Shown piece by piece: positions 11,646-22,900 of a DNA stretch of 64,000 nt. A program made the position numbers and the translations under genes. How positions within the stretch are numbered: position 1 is the first letter of the stretch; every line of letters begins with the position of its first letter. The DNA is taken from contig NW_003314283.1 in assembly GCF_000143415.4 (NCBI RefSeq), forward strand, positions 799,955 through 863,954. Reading direction: 5' to 3'. This DNA comes from Selaginella moellendorffii (taxonomy: Eukaryota; Plantae; Lycopodiophyta). A model generated the notes under the pieces. That model saw only the letters and a program-made list of their open reading frames with translations. It did no database searches and was not told the DNA's origin.

Positions 11646-12208
11646 TCAAACGTCACTTTCGAGGAAGGATTGGGGATTTGCCTGCTTCGCTTCCATGTTA
11701 TACAAGAGGATGGACTCGGGATTTGCCTGCTTCGCTTCCTTGTGATACAAGAGGATGGACTCGGGATTTGCCTGCTTCGCTTCCTTGTTATACAAGAGGA
11801 TGGACTCGGGATTTGCCTGCTTCGCTTCCTTGTCATACAAGAGGATGGACTCGGGATTTGCCTGCTTCGCTTCCTTGTCATACAAGAGGATGGACTCGGG
11901 ATTTGCCTGCTTCGCTTCCTTGTTATACAAGAAGAACGACTCGGGATTTGCCTGCTTCGCTTCCTTGTCATACAAGAGGATGGACTCGGGATTTGCCCGC
12001 TTCGTTTCCTTGTTATACAAGAGGATGGACTCGGGATTTGCCTGCTTTGCTTCATTGGTGTACATTACCTCTCCAGGCACTTGCTTTTCATTGTCCTTGA
12101 GTGTACGTAGTGCTGCAGCTGCCTGAAGTACATATATCATTCAGAAAACTTAGAAGCAGAGATTGATCTCACCGTGAAACACAAGAGGACTGTAATGAGC
12201 CACGCCAT
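11646..12208 (-). CDS. Repetitive secreted peptide precursor B, 170 aa (putative burpitide/cyclopeptide alkaloid precursor)
   Basis: join(12173-12208, 11646-12122) with a 50-nt GT-AG intron 12123-12172. Signal peptide MAWLITVLLCFTAAAA. Eight 15-aa repeats with cores ILLY x7 and FFLY x1. Confidence 0.9.
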
Positions 12209-12487
12209 GGTTTCTATGAAAATGTGGTGTTCTTGGATGTCCTTTTATAGTAAGGCTCTACTTTAAACTTCGTATTCTTATTATCTTAATACATTAGAGC
12301 TATCAAAATATCAACGCTGTATAGTAAAAGATCAGGATCTTCTTGGTCAGACGTCACTTTCCAGCAAGTTTTCAATGAAAATTTAAGTTCGTCCTTATCT
12401 CTTATACATAGAAAAATACTGAACAAGTGAAACATCACACCAACACAAGTTCATATTATAATTATAGACTTTGCAATTCCAGAACTC
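12209..12487. promoter_or_regulatory. 279-bp divergent (bidirectional) promoter region between precursor B and BURP B
   Basis: Start codons at 12208 (-) and 12488 (+). TATA-like ctataaaagg on the minus strand at 12241-12250. Confidence 0.6.
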
Positions 12488-13493
12488 ATGGCGGACACTT
12501 TGTTGGTTCTCATGTTCCTGGCATTATGTGTGGTAAGCTTCACGAATTTCATAACTCTTCGAATCAAATCCAACTGATTGTGCTCTCCGCCAGGGATACT
12601 TGGAGGGATTCCAACTTCCACGCTCCATTCGTGAGAGGCTATCGCCCCTTGACGACGCTTCAGCGCTGCACATCAAGCAGGAACTCCAAGCTTCCAGCAG
12701 GATATCACACGAGTCGTGCAAAGCCGCTGGTCTCTTGTGCGGTGATGAACATCACTCCCTTCGTCAGCTTTTTCACCACCACCATGACCATCACGACAGG
12801 AGCGCCATGGAATCCTCCACTCGAGATCTCGCCCAGAGGACCTTCTTTCAGCTCAAGACGCTTGTTGGTGCCAAGAACATACAGTTGCCACCGCCACTGC
12901 GCTGGGACAACTCCATCCCTGTGAGTAAATTCCTTCATCCGCTACTAGAGCCTGTGCTTGCGTCCATGAATCTGTCCCAGCTCCTGTCCACCATGCACTT
13001 CTCGAGCCAGTCTCCATTCGCAGCGACGAGCAAGGATAGCCTGGAAATGTGCTCCTCCCACGGGGGGATCAAGCACGAGATCAAGGCTTGTCACGTCTCG
13101 GCAAAGTCCATCCTGGATCAGGCCTCTTCGACCCTCCACAAGCTCGAGTTGAAGTATGTGGCCAACACTCTGGAGTTTGATCCGAACGAACCATTCCAGG
13201 TGGTAGAGACGAGGGTGGTGGCTGCAGATGGATCTCTGGCCTGTCACCCCATGACTTTCCCATTCGCCATCTTCATGTGCCACACAATACCGAACAGTCT
13301 CGTGTTGGAGGTGGATCTACTGAGAAGTTCTTCCAAGAAGACGAAGCCTGCCATGGTGAAAGTTCCTGCGGTTTGCCATATGGATACCTCTGATTTCGCG
13401 CCTTCTCATATCTCTTTTAAGATTCTTAACACCAGGCCCGGCGAGGGAGAGGTTTGTCACTGGCTTCCTACTTCTCATCTCGTGTGGTATTAA
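12488..13493 (+). CDS. Stand-alone BURP-domain protein B (putative copper-dependent peptide cyclase), 314 aa, intact
   Basis: join(12488-12532, 12594-13493) with a 61-nt GT-AG intron. Signal peptide, His-rich HHHHDHHD, FF start motif, four CH dipeptides and terminal W. No core repeats within the protein. Confidence 0.92.
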
Positions 13494-13809
13494 GCTCCAA
13501 GCCTGAATGCTAGAGTGAATGTATAGTAAAGTTTGATCACAAGGAGAATAACGATTGTGTGGCACTCCATGCCTCAAACGTCTTTTAATGAGCCAGCTTG
13601 AGACTGAGGATCTTCTTCGCAGCGCAAGAAAGAAGACGTGATCGACTCCAAGCTGAGCGTCCACTAGATCTCTCATGAGGACCACAAAGGAGGGAGGGCC
13701 ACAGTAATTCACATTTTTGTACGGGGTCGAGCTTGAGGGACATCCGTGGACACCATAGTTTGGAGCCAGATTGTTATCCAAAGCTCCTGGCTAATAGCAT
13801 TATATTGTG

Positions 13810-13900
13810 ATGCTTCCCAAAGAAAGAATTGGGATTTGGCTGCTTGCCATCCTTCCATACCGGAATAAAGCCAGAAGAAAGACTCAGGCTTTGGGAACGT
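13810..13900 (-). pseudogene. Relic Trp-core precursor repeats (copy B of 5030-5140)
   Basis: PKPES-FFWL.. and DGKQPNPNS-FFG fragments. Confidence 0.55.
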
Positions 13901-13920
13901 AACATTTTGATAAAAGAACC

Positions 13921-14196
13921 ATGGTTTGGTTCATTACAGTGCAATCTCAGTCCTTGATTTCTAGCAACAACTTCAATGTACACCAAGAAAGCCTTAATAT
14001 ATTGTACACGTTTCTCAACTTTGCAGAACATCAACTTTTTAAAAGCTCAACAGATTTCAACCTTGCAGGTCTCAACTTTGCAGATCTCAACTTTGCAGGT
14101 TTCAACTTTGCAACTCTCAACTTTGCAGGTCTCAACTTTGCAGGTCTCAACTTTTCAGATCTCAACTTTGCAGGTCTTAACTTTGCAGAATATTAA
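13921..14196 (+). other. Short ORF MVWFITV... with expanded LNFAG pentapeptide repeats (copy B)
   Basis: 15-nt tandem repeat ctcaactttgcaggt at ~14050-14190, open in frame with a precursor-like start. Confidence 0.35.
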
Positions 14197-14379
14197 CGCT
14201 GTAAATTAAGAGATCCTTGTCTTCTAGCATAAGCGCAACTGGTGTCATTCAATCATCCATGTGAAGCATCACTTTCCAGCAAGTTTTCAATGACAATTTT
14301 GCAGACAAAGTTTAACAACGACGTCTACTCGTGCTCTACTTGTTTGGTATATTTCTACTTTAACTATAGACTTGGACTC

Positions 14380-15198
14380 ACGGTGTTTGGTTCTCGTATT
14401 ATGTGTCTTAAGATTGACAACTCTTACAATCAAATCAAAACGATTGTTCACGAGATTCCAGCTTCCACCCTCAATCCATGAGACCCTTACGACGTTTCAG
14501 CTCTGGCTACCAGGCAAGAAATCAAAGCTTCCCGCAGGATGTGACGTGAGTCGTGCAAAGCCGCCGGTCTATTGTGTGGTGATGAACATCACTCCCTTCA
14601 TCAGCTCTTTCACCAGCCAGATTCAGCGAAAGTGAATAATTTTTTGTACATTGGACCCAAAGATTTTTCCACTTTGCACAACTCTGTGGGGATAATAGGT
14701 TTTTGCACATTTGAAGGTAAGAATGCACGCTTGAGAGAGTGATTTTAAAACTTGGACATTCTTCAAACCCTGAGGGCAACCATTTCTGAAAAATCCTAAA
14801 GAATATTATCCCACGGACTTTCATTTTTCTTAACACAACCAAATGATGACGTCATTACTTTGCCTTTTTGATTTGGCGATGTCCCAAGTCGCCGGGATCA
14901 AGCACCAGATCAAGTCTTATCACGTCTCCACAAAGTCCACTTCGACCCTTCCCAAGCTCGAGTTGGTGGAGACGAAGGTGGTGGCTGCATCGCCTGTCAC
15001 CCCATGACTTTCCCATTCGCCATCTTCATGTGGCACACGATACGGGAGAAGTTCTTCCAAGAAGACGAAGCCTGCCACGGTGAAAGTTTGTCTTATGATT
15101 TCGAACCTTCTCACATCTCTTTTAAGATTCTCAACACCAGGCCCAGCGTGGTAGAGGTCTGTCACTGGCTTCCTACTTCTCATCTCGTGTGGTATTAA
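14380..15198 (+). pseudogene. Degenerate BURP-domain paralog (unit B)
   Basis: ACHPMTFPFAIFMWHTI...PSHISFKILNTRPSVVEVCHWLPTSHLVWY*. Frameshifted upstream. Confidence 0.85.
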
Positions 15199-15526
15199 GC
15201 TCCAAGCCTGCCAGGAAATGGAATGCATGATCGAAGCAACTACACAAAATTACCTTGAGTGGTAATCCCTTGTGAGTGTGAGATCGAAAATAAAGACGTT
15301 TATCGTTGTTCGTTTATCTCTTTGGATAGTTCCAACGCTAATCGAAAATAGATTGTGGAATAGAGTTCTCTTAGAGAGCGGCTACAAGGCAAACAAGGAT
15401 AAATTTCTTCCGAGGTATAAATGCTTGCGAGAACCAGTCGACACCCCGTAACAGAATTAGATACGAGATTTGCCCCGACCTTTGTTTCTGTCAAAGTTTC
15501 ATTTCACTTATTTTAGATACTTGTTA

Positions 15527-17413
15527 CTATGTGTTCGATTTCTTCACCTGTGGAAAGAAAAAAAGATCAAACAAAGAGAAAGAAGCGAACATTCAGTACC
15601 TTCTTCAGGTATAACTTATGGAACTTGAGCGCTTTTTGGCACGCTCGGTATGCGTCTATCTTGCCGCTCATATCGTTCAAAGCCTGCGACGTATATTGTT
15701 ACCAGGGAAAATGAGGAAAAAAGGAAAGCATTAAACTGTTCCTCACCCTCACGACTTCGTCCAGGCCTTGAATTCTCTTTATAAACTTGGATCGTAGCAG
15801 CACCAAGATCCCGGCTACAAAGAAAACTGCCAGGGACGGATGCTCGTTGAGGGCTCTTGGCGATCCATACTTAATGTTCCGCTTTGCAAATCTACCTCCA
15901 GCTCTATAGTCCGGCTGTGCGTTGTCAATGTGACCATCCGGGGACTCCATGTAGAGAATTTGAAGGTCGGGATGGTACTCGAAAGCCCACATCATCTACA
16001 AAGAAAGAAAAGCTCGCGTGGGCGAAAGAACATAAACATTTCACAACGGTTGGACTTACCTCCCAGAGGGTGAGCGTATCAACGAACGAAAACTCCCGGC
16101 GAAAGTTAACCATGAGCATTCGAAACGCAAAAATATAGTTGCTCCCTCCAAGTGCCTCTACAAAAAAAGGTCGGCAAAGACCTTCATCTTCGAAATCCTC
16201 ACCTAGAGTTCTATGAAGCTTTGGATCGATTACTCGCATGGCAGCTGCGAGGAAGGAGAGCTCCTTCTGAACCCCCATCATCTTATTCGTGCACCTGAAA
16301 TTTTCCCGCTTGCCAACATCAAACGTGATAAACTTCAATGAACGGTACTAAGCGATATAAAATCTTGAGAAGCGCTTTGCAAAAAACGTACCACTCGACG
16401 CATCAGGCACTTGAAGCACCAAAAGGCGTCAGCCTCGTCCGGGAAAAGGAGCACCATCGGCGAGCAAAGATCGCTCATACCTTGACAGTAGCCAACCTCC
16501 TCGTCGATCCAAGCGTACACTGCCAGGATGTCCCAGAGCTTTCCCAAGTTCTTGGGATCCTCGTAAAACTCTAAAACTCTATCCGTGCGAACTACATCCA
16601 GTCCTGCAAAGCGAAAGTGAGCACGCGAAACAGAAAAATAATCATACCAATCTGGTGGAGGAGAACTTTCCACTGGACAATCTTTGCGCTCGGCGATGGA
16701 TCCAGCACTCCATTTATTGTCTGCTCTTCAATGGATTCTGCTAATACTTGGACAGAAAGTGAAAAGCCCGAAGCAAACAAAGAAGTAACCACCTGGATTA
16801 TTCTCCTCCATGGAAACTCCGTCGGCATTCATTCGCGGCGATATCACAACTTCGCCACTTCCAACGGCCGCATCCATTCTCTTACACTCGGCCTTGAGCT
16901 TCAAGTATTTGTCACTGTAAAAACCAACGCGGTTTCTCTCGCAGATCAAATCCAATCGATAAAACAAGCCAAAGTATCTACCGTCGCGATTGACGAAGCT
17001 CTTCCCTTTCGGCAGCATTGCTGCCGGGGGAGTAAACACCCAAAAGAAACTCCCAGACGTGAGCGCGAATCTCCGACGCAACGCCCTACAGGAAAGAAGA
17101 AGAGACTTCGCTACTGGAAATGCAGCACAAGATTTACCCCTCTTTCGATGTGCCGAAGAACTCGCTTCACATTGAGCCGCCCTTGCGCGTCAAACGCAGC
17201 CCGCCATTTCTCCGCCGAGAGCTTCCTCCGCCTCCGCCTCTAAATCGATCAAACCACAGCTCAGATCGACACAAATCCAGCCGAGAATCCGTCACAAACC
17301 GGCACGGAGCTCGTCGCCACATCCTGACACTCGCTCCGGACCCTGTAAATCTCGGAATCATCCTCCATAGAGAAGCCTTGCCTCTGCTCGCTCGCGCAGG
17401 CCAGCAGCGGCAT
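15527..17413 (-). CDS. TBC-domain Rab GTPase-activating protein (multi-exon)
   Basis: LSAEKWRAAFD, VWEFLLG, LDVVRTDR, YCQGMSDL, FAFRMLMV.FRREFSF motifs; last exon VKKSNT*. The start codon is approximate. Confidence 0.85.
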
Positions 17414-17597
17414 CCTGCGCCTCACGGATCGCGCAGATCGACAGCCCGGAGCCTCCGCATTGCGTCGCGGAGCTCTACACTCTCTATAGAACCCTAAACT
17501 CTCGTTAAGTAATCGTTCGAATATGCTCCATTCCTTGCTCCGGTTCGAATCCCGTAGCTAACGTTTAATTTTTATTCCACATTGTAACTATGTTGCC

Positions 17598-19262
17598 ATG
17601 GACAAAGCCCAGTGCGTGGAGCTCATTCGATCGTGCAAAAGCCTCCCAATGGCCCAGGAGATCCACAAATGCATCCAGGCGAATCCACCACTCCCACCAC
17701 ACGAGAGCCTCTTTGTCTCCAACAATCTCCTCGCACTGTTTAACCAATTTGGCAGCCTCGTAAATGCCCGAAGCGTCTTTGATCGCATCGAGAACAAGGA
17801 TGTTTTCTCGCTGGTTCTTATGATCTGCGGCTACTCTCGCAGTGGGCAAGTTTCCAATGCAAAAGCCATTTTTGATTCCATACCCGAGAAGAATCTTACA
17901 AGCTGGAACACTATGGTGGCAGCATATGCCAAGAATGGGTATCTGGACGAGGCAGAAGTTTTGTTTCAAGAGATGCCATTTCATGATGCCGTGTCATGCA
18001 ACACGCTCATAGCTGCACACTCGCAAAGAGGGCATTTGGATACTGCAAAGGGGATCTTTGATGACATGCTTTTTAAAACTCTACCATGCTGGAATGCCAT
18101 GCTGTTTGCATATGCCACAGGTCGGGATCTTGTACAAGCAAGACAGACATTTCACTCAATGCCTGCTCGAAATCTGATCTCTTGGACATCATTCTTAAAC
18201 GCACTAATCATGGAGGAAGATCTTCAAATGACTAGAAAATGTTTTAACGAAATGCCCTGCTGGAATCTGTTTGCCTGTAACTCAGTACTTTCCGCATATG
18301 CCCGAAAGGGGAATCTTCTCGAAGCCATGCTAACCTTTGACACAATGCTCGAGAGGGATATAATCACTTACACAAACATGCTGGAAGCTTTCATCCACAA
18401 CGGTTGCCTCTTTGAAGCCAGCAATTTGTTCTCGCGGATGCCACAGCGGGATCTCGTGGCCTACACCGTAATGCAATCGGCCTACGCTCAAAACTGCGAG
18501 CTCGAGAGAGCCGAGGCCATCTTCAACTCCATGCCGCAGCGTGATCTGGTCGCTTGGAACGCCATGATCGGGGCTTACTCCCAACACGGCCGAGTCGAGC
18601 AAGCAAAGTTTCTCTTTGATTCCATGGCCGAGAGAAACTTGGTCTCCTGGACCTCAATGCTCACGGCTTACACAATAAGTGGCTACTTCTCGCAAGCAAA
18701 GCTCGTCTTTCTCGACATGTCCGAGCAAAACTCCGTCTCGTGGAATGCCATCCTTTGCATGTATGCTCAGCACGGCCATTTGAGCTCCGCAAGGAAGATT
18801 TTCGATGCCATGCCCGAGCAAGGAGTGGTATCATGGAGCGCCATGCTCGCTGCCCACGTGAGAAACTTGTCCTCTTCCCGTGCTCTCGAGCTCTTTGACG
18901 AGATGAAAGCTTTGCATTGTCCCGACGAAGCTTGCTTCTTCTCGGCTATGGTTTCGTTTGGGCAGCAAGGCTGCATCTCCAGAGCCAAGTCTTGCTTTGG
19001 TTCCATGGTGGCCGACTATGAAGTGGCGCCATCAAAGCAGCACTACTGTTGCATGGTGGATTTGCTCGTTCGATCTGGGAGAAGTTTGGAGGCCGAGGAA
19101 CTTGTGTTGGCCATGCCTTTTGAGCCCAGTAACTTGGAATGGTCGTGCTTGCTACGTGAAAGAAACTCCAGCTCGATGTTAATCACCAGAGGCAAGCATG
19201 CTTTAAGATCAAGTTCCTCAGATGGAGCGGTATACGTGCTGCTTGCCAATGCATTAACTTGA
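17598..19262 (+). CDS. PLS-class pentatricopeptide repeat protein with E-like C-terminus, 554 aa
   Basis: Intronless ORF of ~31-aa repeats (F..MP.RDLVAWNAMI.AY.Q.G) and a C-terminal HY.CMVDLL.RSG motif. Confidence 0.93.
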   Translation: MDKAQCVELIRSCKSLPMAQEIHKCIQANPPLPPHESLFVSNNLLALFNQFGSLVNARSVFDRIENKDVFSLVLMICGYSRSGQVSNAKAIFDSIPEKNLTSWNTMVAAYAKNGYLDEAEVLFQEMPFHDAVSCNTLIAAHSQRGHLDTAKGIFDDMLFKTLPCWNAMLFAYATGRDLVQARQTFHSMPARNLISWTSFLNALIMEEDLQMTRKCFNEMPCWNLFACNSVLSAYARKGNLLEAMLTFDTMLERDIITYTNMLEAFIHNGCLFEASNLFSRMPQRDLVAYTVMQSAYAQNCELERAEAIFNSMPQRDLVAWNAMIGAYSQHGRVEQAKFLFDSMAERNLVSWTSMLTAYTISGYFSQAKLVFLDMSEQNSVSWNAILCMYAQHGHLSSARKIFDAMPEQGVVSWSAMLAAHVRNLSSSRALELFDEMKALHCPDEACFFSAMVSFGQQGCISRAKSCFGSMVADYEVAPSKQHYCCMVDLLVRSGRSLEAEELVLAMPFEPSNLEWSCLLRERNSSSMLITRGKHALRSSSSDGAVYVLLANALT

Positions 19263-19589
19263 AAGCTAAATATGAAACCTGTAGATTAAAAAGATGGCTC
19301 ATTTCAAGGGCTTTATTTCACAATGGCACTTGAGTAAGTTCTGGTTTTGCTGCCTCTATGTCTCCTTCAGTTTGGGTTGCCACACAGATAGTCGATTGGC
19401 TTCCTGGTCAGCCCATGGTCAGCCTTAATCAGTATGCTGGAAGAGGGGTGTGGTCTCTTCTACTGGTTCTATGAGGCCGAATGTTCTCCACTTGCTCTTG
19501 CTCAATGGAGGAAGATAGACACATTTAATAGCACTTTTATACAAAAAGGTGCAAAGATAGTTAAAGAAGCTAGTTATTAATATTAGTGC

Positions 19590-20590
19590 ATCCAATAGAG
19601 ACAACGATTTTTACATGGGAAAGCTATGCAGGTTTCTTTCCTTATGAAGTTGTCAAATTTGGTTGATTATTCATTCTGTAGGTCTTTATATTCCAACTTT
19701 TGGCACTGGAGATTTTGGCTAAAACCAAGCACCTATATCAACCTTAAGGGAATTGCTGTAAGTGCCAAATGATAGTTATCAACTTCTTTTATAATTGTTT
19801 TTGGGCTGTATAGATTGGAAATGTGTGGACTCATTCAACAAATTGATGGTCCTAGCATGTATGAGTTTTAATATACCCACTCAGTGATCTCGGAGGAAAC
19901 ATAGAAGGCCATGGATTGTCACGACACGAAACCACTCAGTGATCTCGGAGGAAACATAGAAGGCCATGGATTGTCACGACACGAAATCTTATGATAATGT
20001 AGAACAAAGTGTTGATTCGAGCAAGGAAATATAAATCTATACAACATTCTGGAGGACAATCTCCAGGACTGTGTCAAAAGCTCACATCAGTTCACTCTGA
20101 ACAAGGTATGCAAAACCAGACTGAAAATTTTCCTACATTTTTACATTTAAGGTCACAACAGTTGCATCAAAATAAGATTGGTTTTGGGGAGAACTTTCAG
20201 TGCACAGACCCCATTGATTTCTACCTTAACAGGGAGGCTGTAAAAATTGCCCTTCACACCTGCCACCCAAAATGGTGGTTGAGCTGCGCCAAGTAAGTCT
20301 TTATGTCAATCTTGCCTTTTGCTTTGGTACTAAAGTTTAGATTTGTTTATATAGTATTCCATATAGTCAAAAGGACGTTGCAGCATAGATGCTGCCGCTA
20401 TAAGAAGCTGCTCATGAGCCACCTGAAAATCTAGAACTTTAGGCAAGAGAGTCATTTCATCTCTTTCAAACTTTTTATAATTAATTGAACTTTTGTTGTT
20501 GAGCAGTGGAGATATGGATAGTGTTGTCCCAACTTCCAGGACCAAAGCATAGCTGAAAGCTCTCAATCTCTCAGTGACAGTTTCATGGAG
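19590..20590 (+). pseudogene. Serine carboxypeptidase-like (S10) gene remnant
   Basis: Fragments resembling DFY..GESYAG, LYIP.LA, INLKGIA/IGN, YTHSVISEE and SGDMDSVVPT..LKALNL. Stops, frameshifts and an internal ~55-bp tandem duplication (19877-19988). Confidence 0.75.
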
Positions 20591-21109
20591 TGTTTCTATA
20601 CGATAATTTTTTAAAAGGCCTTGACTTATTCAAGGCCTTCATTGCTGGAAGTTTACTCATATTCTATCTAAAATATAAATGAAAGATTTATTATTTAAAT
20701 TGAATATAATTTTTTCAATATTTTATTGACATTGTGTTCAAAGTGTTTGGGAGGCTTAAGGTCTAGATTATCTTTGTATAGTCCGTCAAAACATCTTTTT
20801 TATAAGCTCATATTAAACATGTATACATGTACACAAACTTATCCTTTGAAATGTATACATTCTATAAGCATAAGGCCTATTAAATCATATATATAATATA
20901 TAGCTTCTGGAAATAGGTAGGACAACATGCTTGTTTATTTTAAATTGCTCAGTTGGGTGCCAAATGATTTAAAACGTGTACAAATAATAATAAAACATTT
21001 AGAAAATTATACTACAATTTAAAATTGTCTTTTAAAGCCTTTAATTGTATCATTAAAAATTTCCATCTGATTATTTATTTTAGTATTTTATTTTATTAAT
21101 ATATTCAAG

Positions 21110-21686
21110 TCATACCAAATCAGTTCTTGAAGAAGGTGGAGGGCAAAAGAATAAAGACCCAAAATGATTTTTTACCAGAAAGTTCAAATTTATAAATGAT
21201 GTCTTAGGATAGTGTTTTGGAGTTGGACAGCTTGCATATAAAATAGAACCAATTAATGTAATGGAGTTTATATCACAAGATATGGTAAAATCAGCTCCTC
21301 TATTTAGCCTTCCATCAATATTTGATATACCATTTGAAAGATCAAGCATAACAATGCCAAATCCTCCATCCCCAGTTTTTGTAGTAGCAACGAGCATAAC
21401 AATTTTAACATTTTTATATACCCTTAAAAATATATTTGAGGAACTTGCTTCAAATCTACCACAAATATCCTGTAAAACAAAAAAAACATTATGACAACAA
21501 TAAAAATAAAAGTCCTACATGTGGAATTTGTTCTACAGAAATAGTATCTGTAATATTCATCCATAATTTAGTCCTATTAGTACCAACAATCTTATCCATA
21601 GATTCACTTGAATTAAATCCATAAGTACTAAAACAAGCTATAAGTATTATTAGCAGTAGCAAACATATATTTGTGATATGTGCCAT
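21110..21686 (-). CDS. Secreted cyanovirin-N homolog (CVNH) lectin, 175 aa
   Basis: join(21519-21686, 21110-21469) with a 49-nt GT-AG intron. Signal peptide, then CGRFEASSSNIFL...MLVAT.KTGDG...LDLSNGISNIDGRL...DFTISC...ILYASC...INLNFLVKNHFGSL, matching the two-repeat CVNH pattern. Confidence 0.8.
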
Positions 21687-21899
21687 ACCTTTCCCATTAA
21701 TACTTCTCGCTATATATAAATCAAAAGTTGGTGTTACTTTCTATGTAATGTCATAGTTATTAATGAATGAAAACTAAATGAACCATAATATTCTTAGGGA
21801 CCACAAAAACAATATTCTTATTACCCAATAAAAGAAATTATTCTTCTTAAAGTGAAGCTTTTAATTTTTTGTGATCTCATTAATTCAAGAATTTTGGGA

Positions 21900-22900
21900 A
21901 TCTACCTGTAGATTCTTATATCCAACTCGTAAGCATAATCATATTCTGTAAAAGATGCCATATTTCACATTTCCTTGCAAATTCAAGAATACATAGATCT
22001 ATTGGCCTCATTAACCCAAGAGATTAACTGTTCAAGTAGTGATTATCCCAAACTCACTTAAGAACCAAAAGGGATTTGTCTACTATATGAATGTGCATGG
22101 TCACTGTTGACATCTAAGACATGACATTCTCCCCACATAAGCCTTGACTAGATGCCCTCACTTGATAATGAGGATTACATCATTAGCCCTTATGCATAAT
22201 AAAAACTTCATTCTTGTTCACAAAGATAACATGGTAGTGATTAACACTCCTTCTTGGGCTGGCTTGATGGCTTATCCTCTTCAGCCTCTGGAAACATCTA
22301 AAAAAAATCTATTTGCGGTTCATTCCTTGTAAACACACTTTCAACTGATAAACATAATAGATTCTCACCTTTAATAGCTACTTTATTTAATATGCTATTG
22401 TACTATCTCATTCCAAAAATCGATAAAAACTAGAATAACATAGAAAGAACTTATCATTTCTCCTGTTTTGTACCTCGAGCTTATTGTACTTACAAATTCC
22501 TCTTGGAAATCTATAGATTAAATTTTTAATTTTTCTATATTGATTCAAAACCAAATCCAAGTTAAAACTTGTTCTGTGATGCCTTCTGTGTATAAGTCCT
22601 ACTATATTGGTTTTTATTGTAGGCAACCTTTACAAGTATTTTTCCAATTGCCCCTATTACTTAGAAATGCTATAATACAATATCTCCTCAACCACTTAGA
22701 TAAGTTGTCTAGTCTAGCCATCTGCTTGAGGATGGTCATCACTAATCAGTGTAAGAAGAATTTTTGTGAGCTCAGAGAAACTCCTCTAAAATCTGCTTGT
22801 ATAATTAAAATCTCTATCACTTAATTATATTTGACATAATATAACTAGATTCTTATGCAAGGGAGGGATTGCCATGTATATTGCTACTCATAGCCTCTAA
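21900..22900 (-). mobile_element. Highly decayed retroelement-like sequence
   Basis: AT-rich with weak pol-like fragments; no intact motif. Confidence 0.3.

Larger units (their letters stand above)
853..19590. repeat. Tandem segmental duplication: unit A ~853-9961, unit B ~9984-19590
   Basis: Same gene order in both units (precursor, BURP, LNFA ORF, BURP pseudogene, TBC, PPR). Offset 8793 bp at the BURP gene. Both units start at tgagcgtccactagatctct and end at gctagttattaatattagtgc. Confidence 0.9.

Noticed and set aside
11670-12126. Plus-strand and alternative-frame repeat ORFs (GICLLRFLVIQED, DSGFACFASL)
   Set aside because: Shadow frames of the stop-free repeat. Only the minus frame has a signal-peptide exon, a canonical intron and core motifs.
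15527-19262. TBC and PPR genes as members of the peptide pathway
   Set aside because: Housekeeping-type genes carried along by the duplication; their unit A copies are already pseudogenes.
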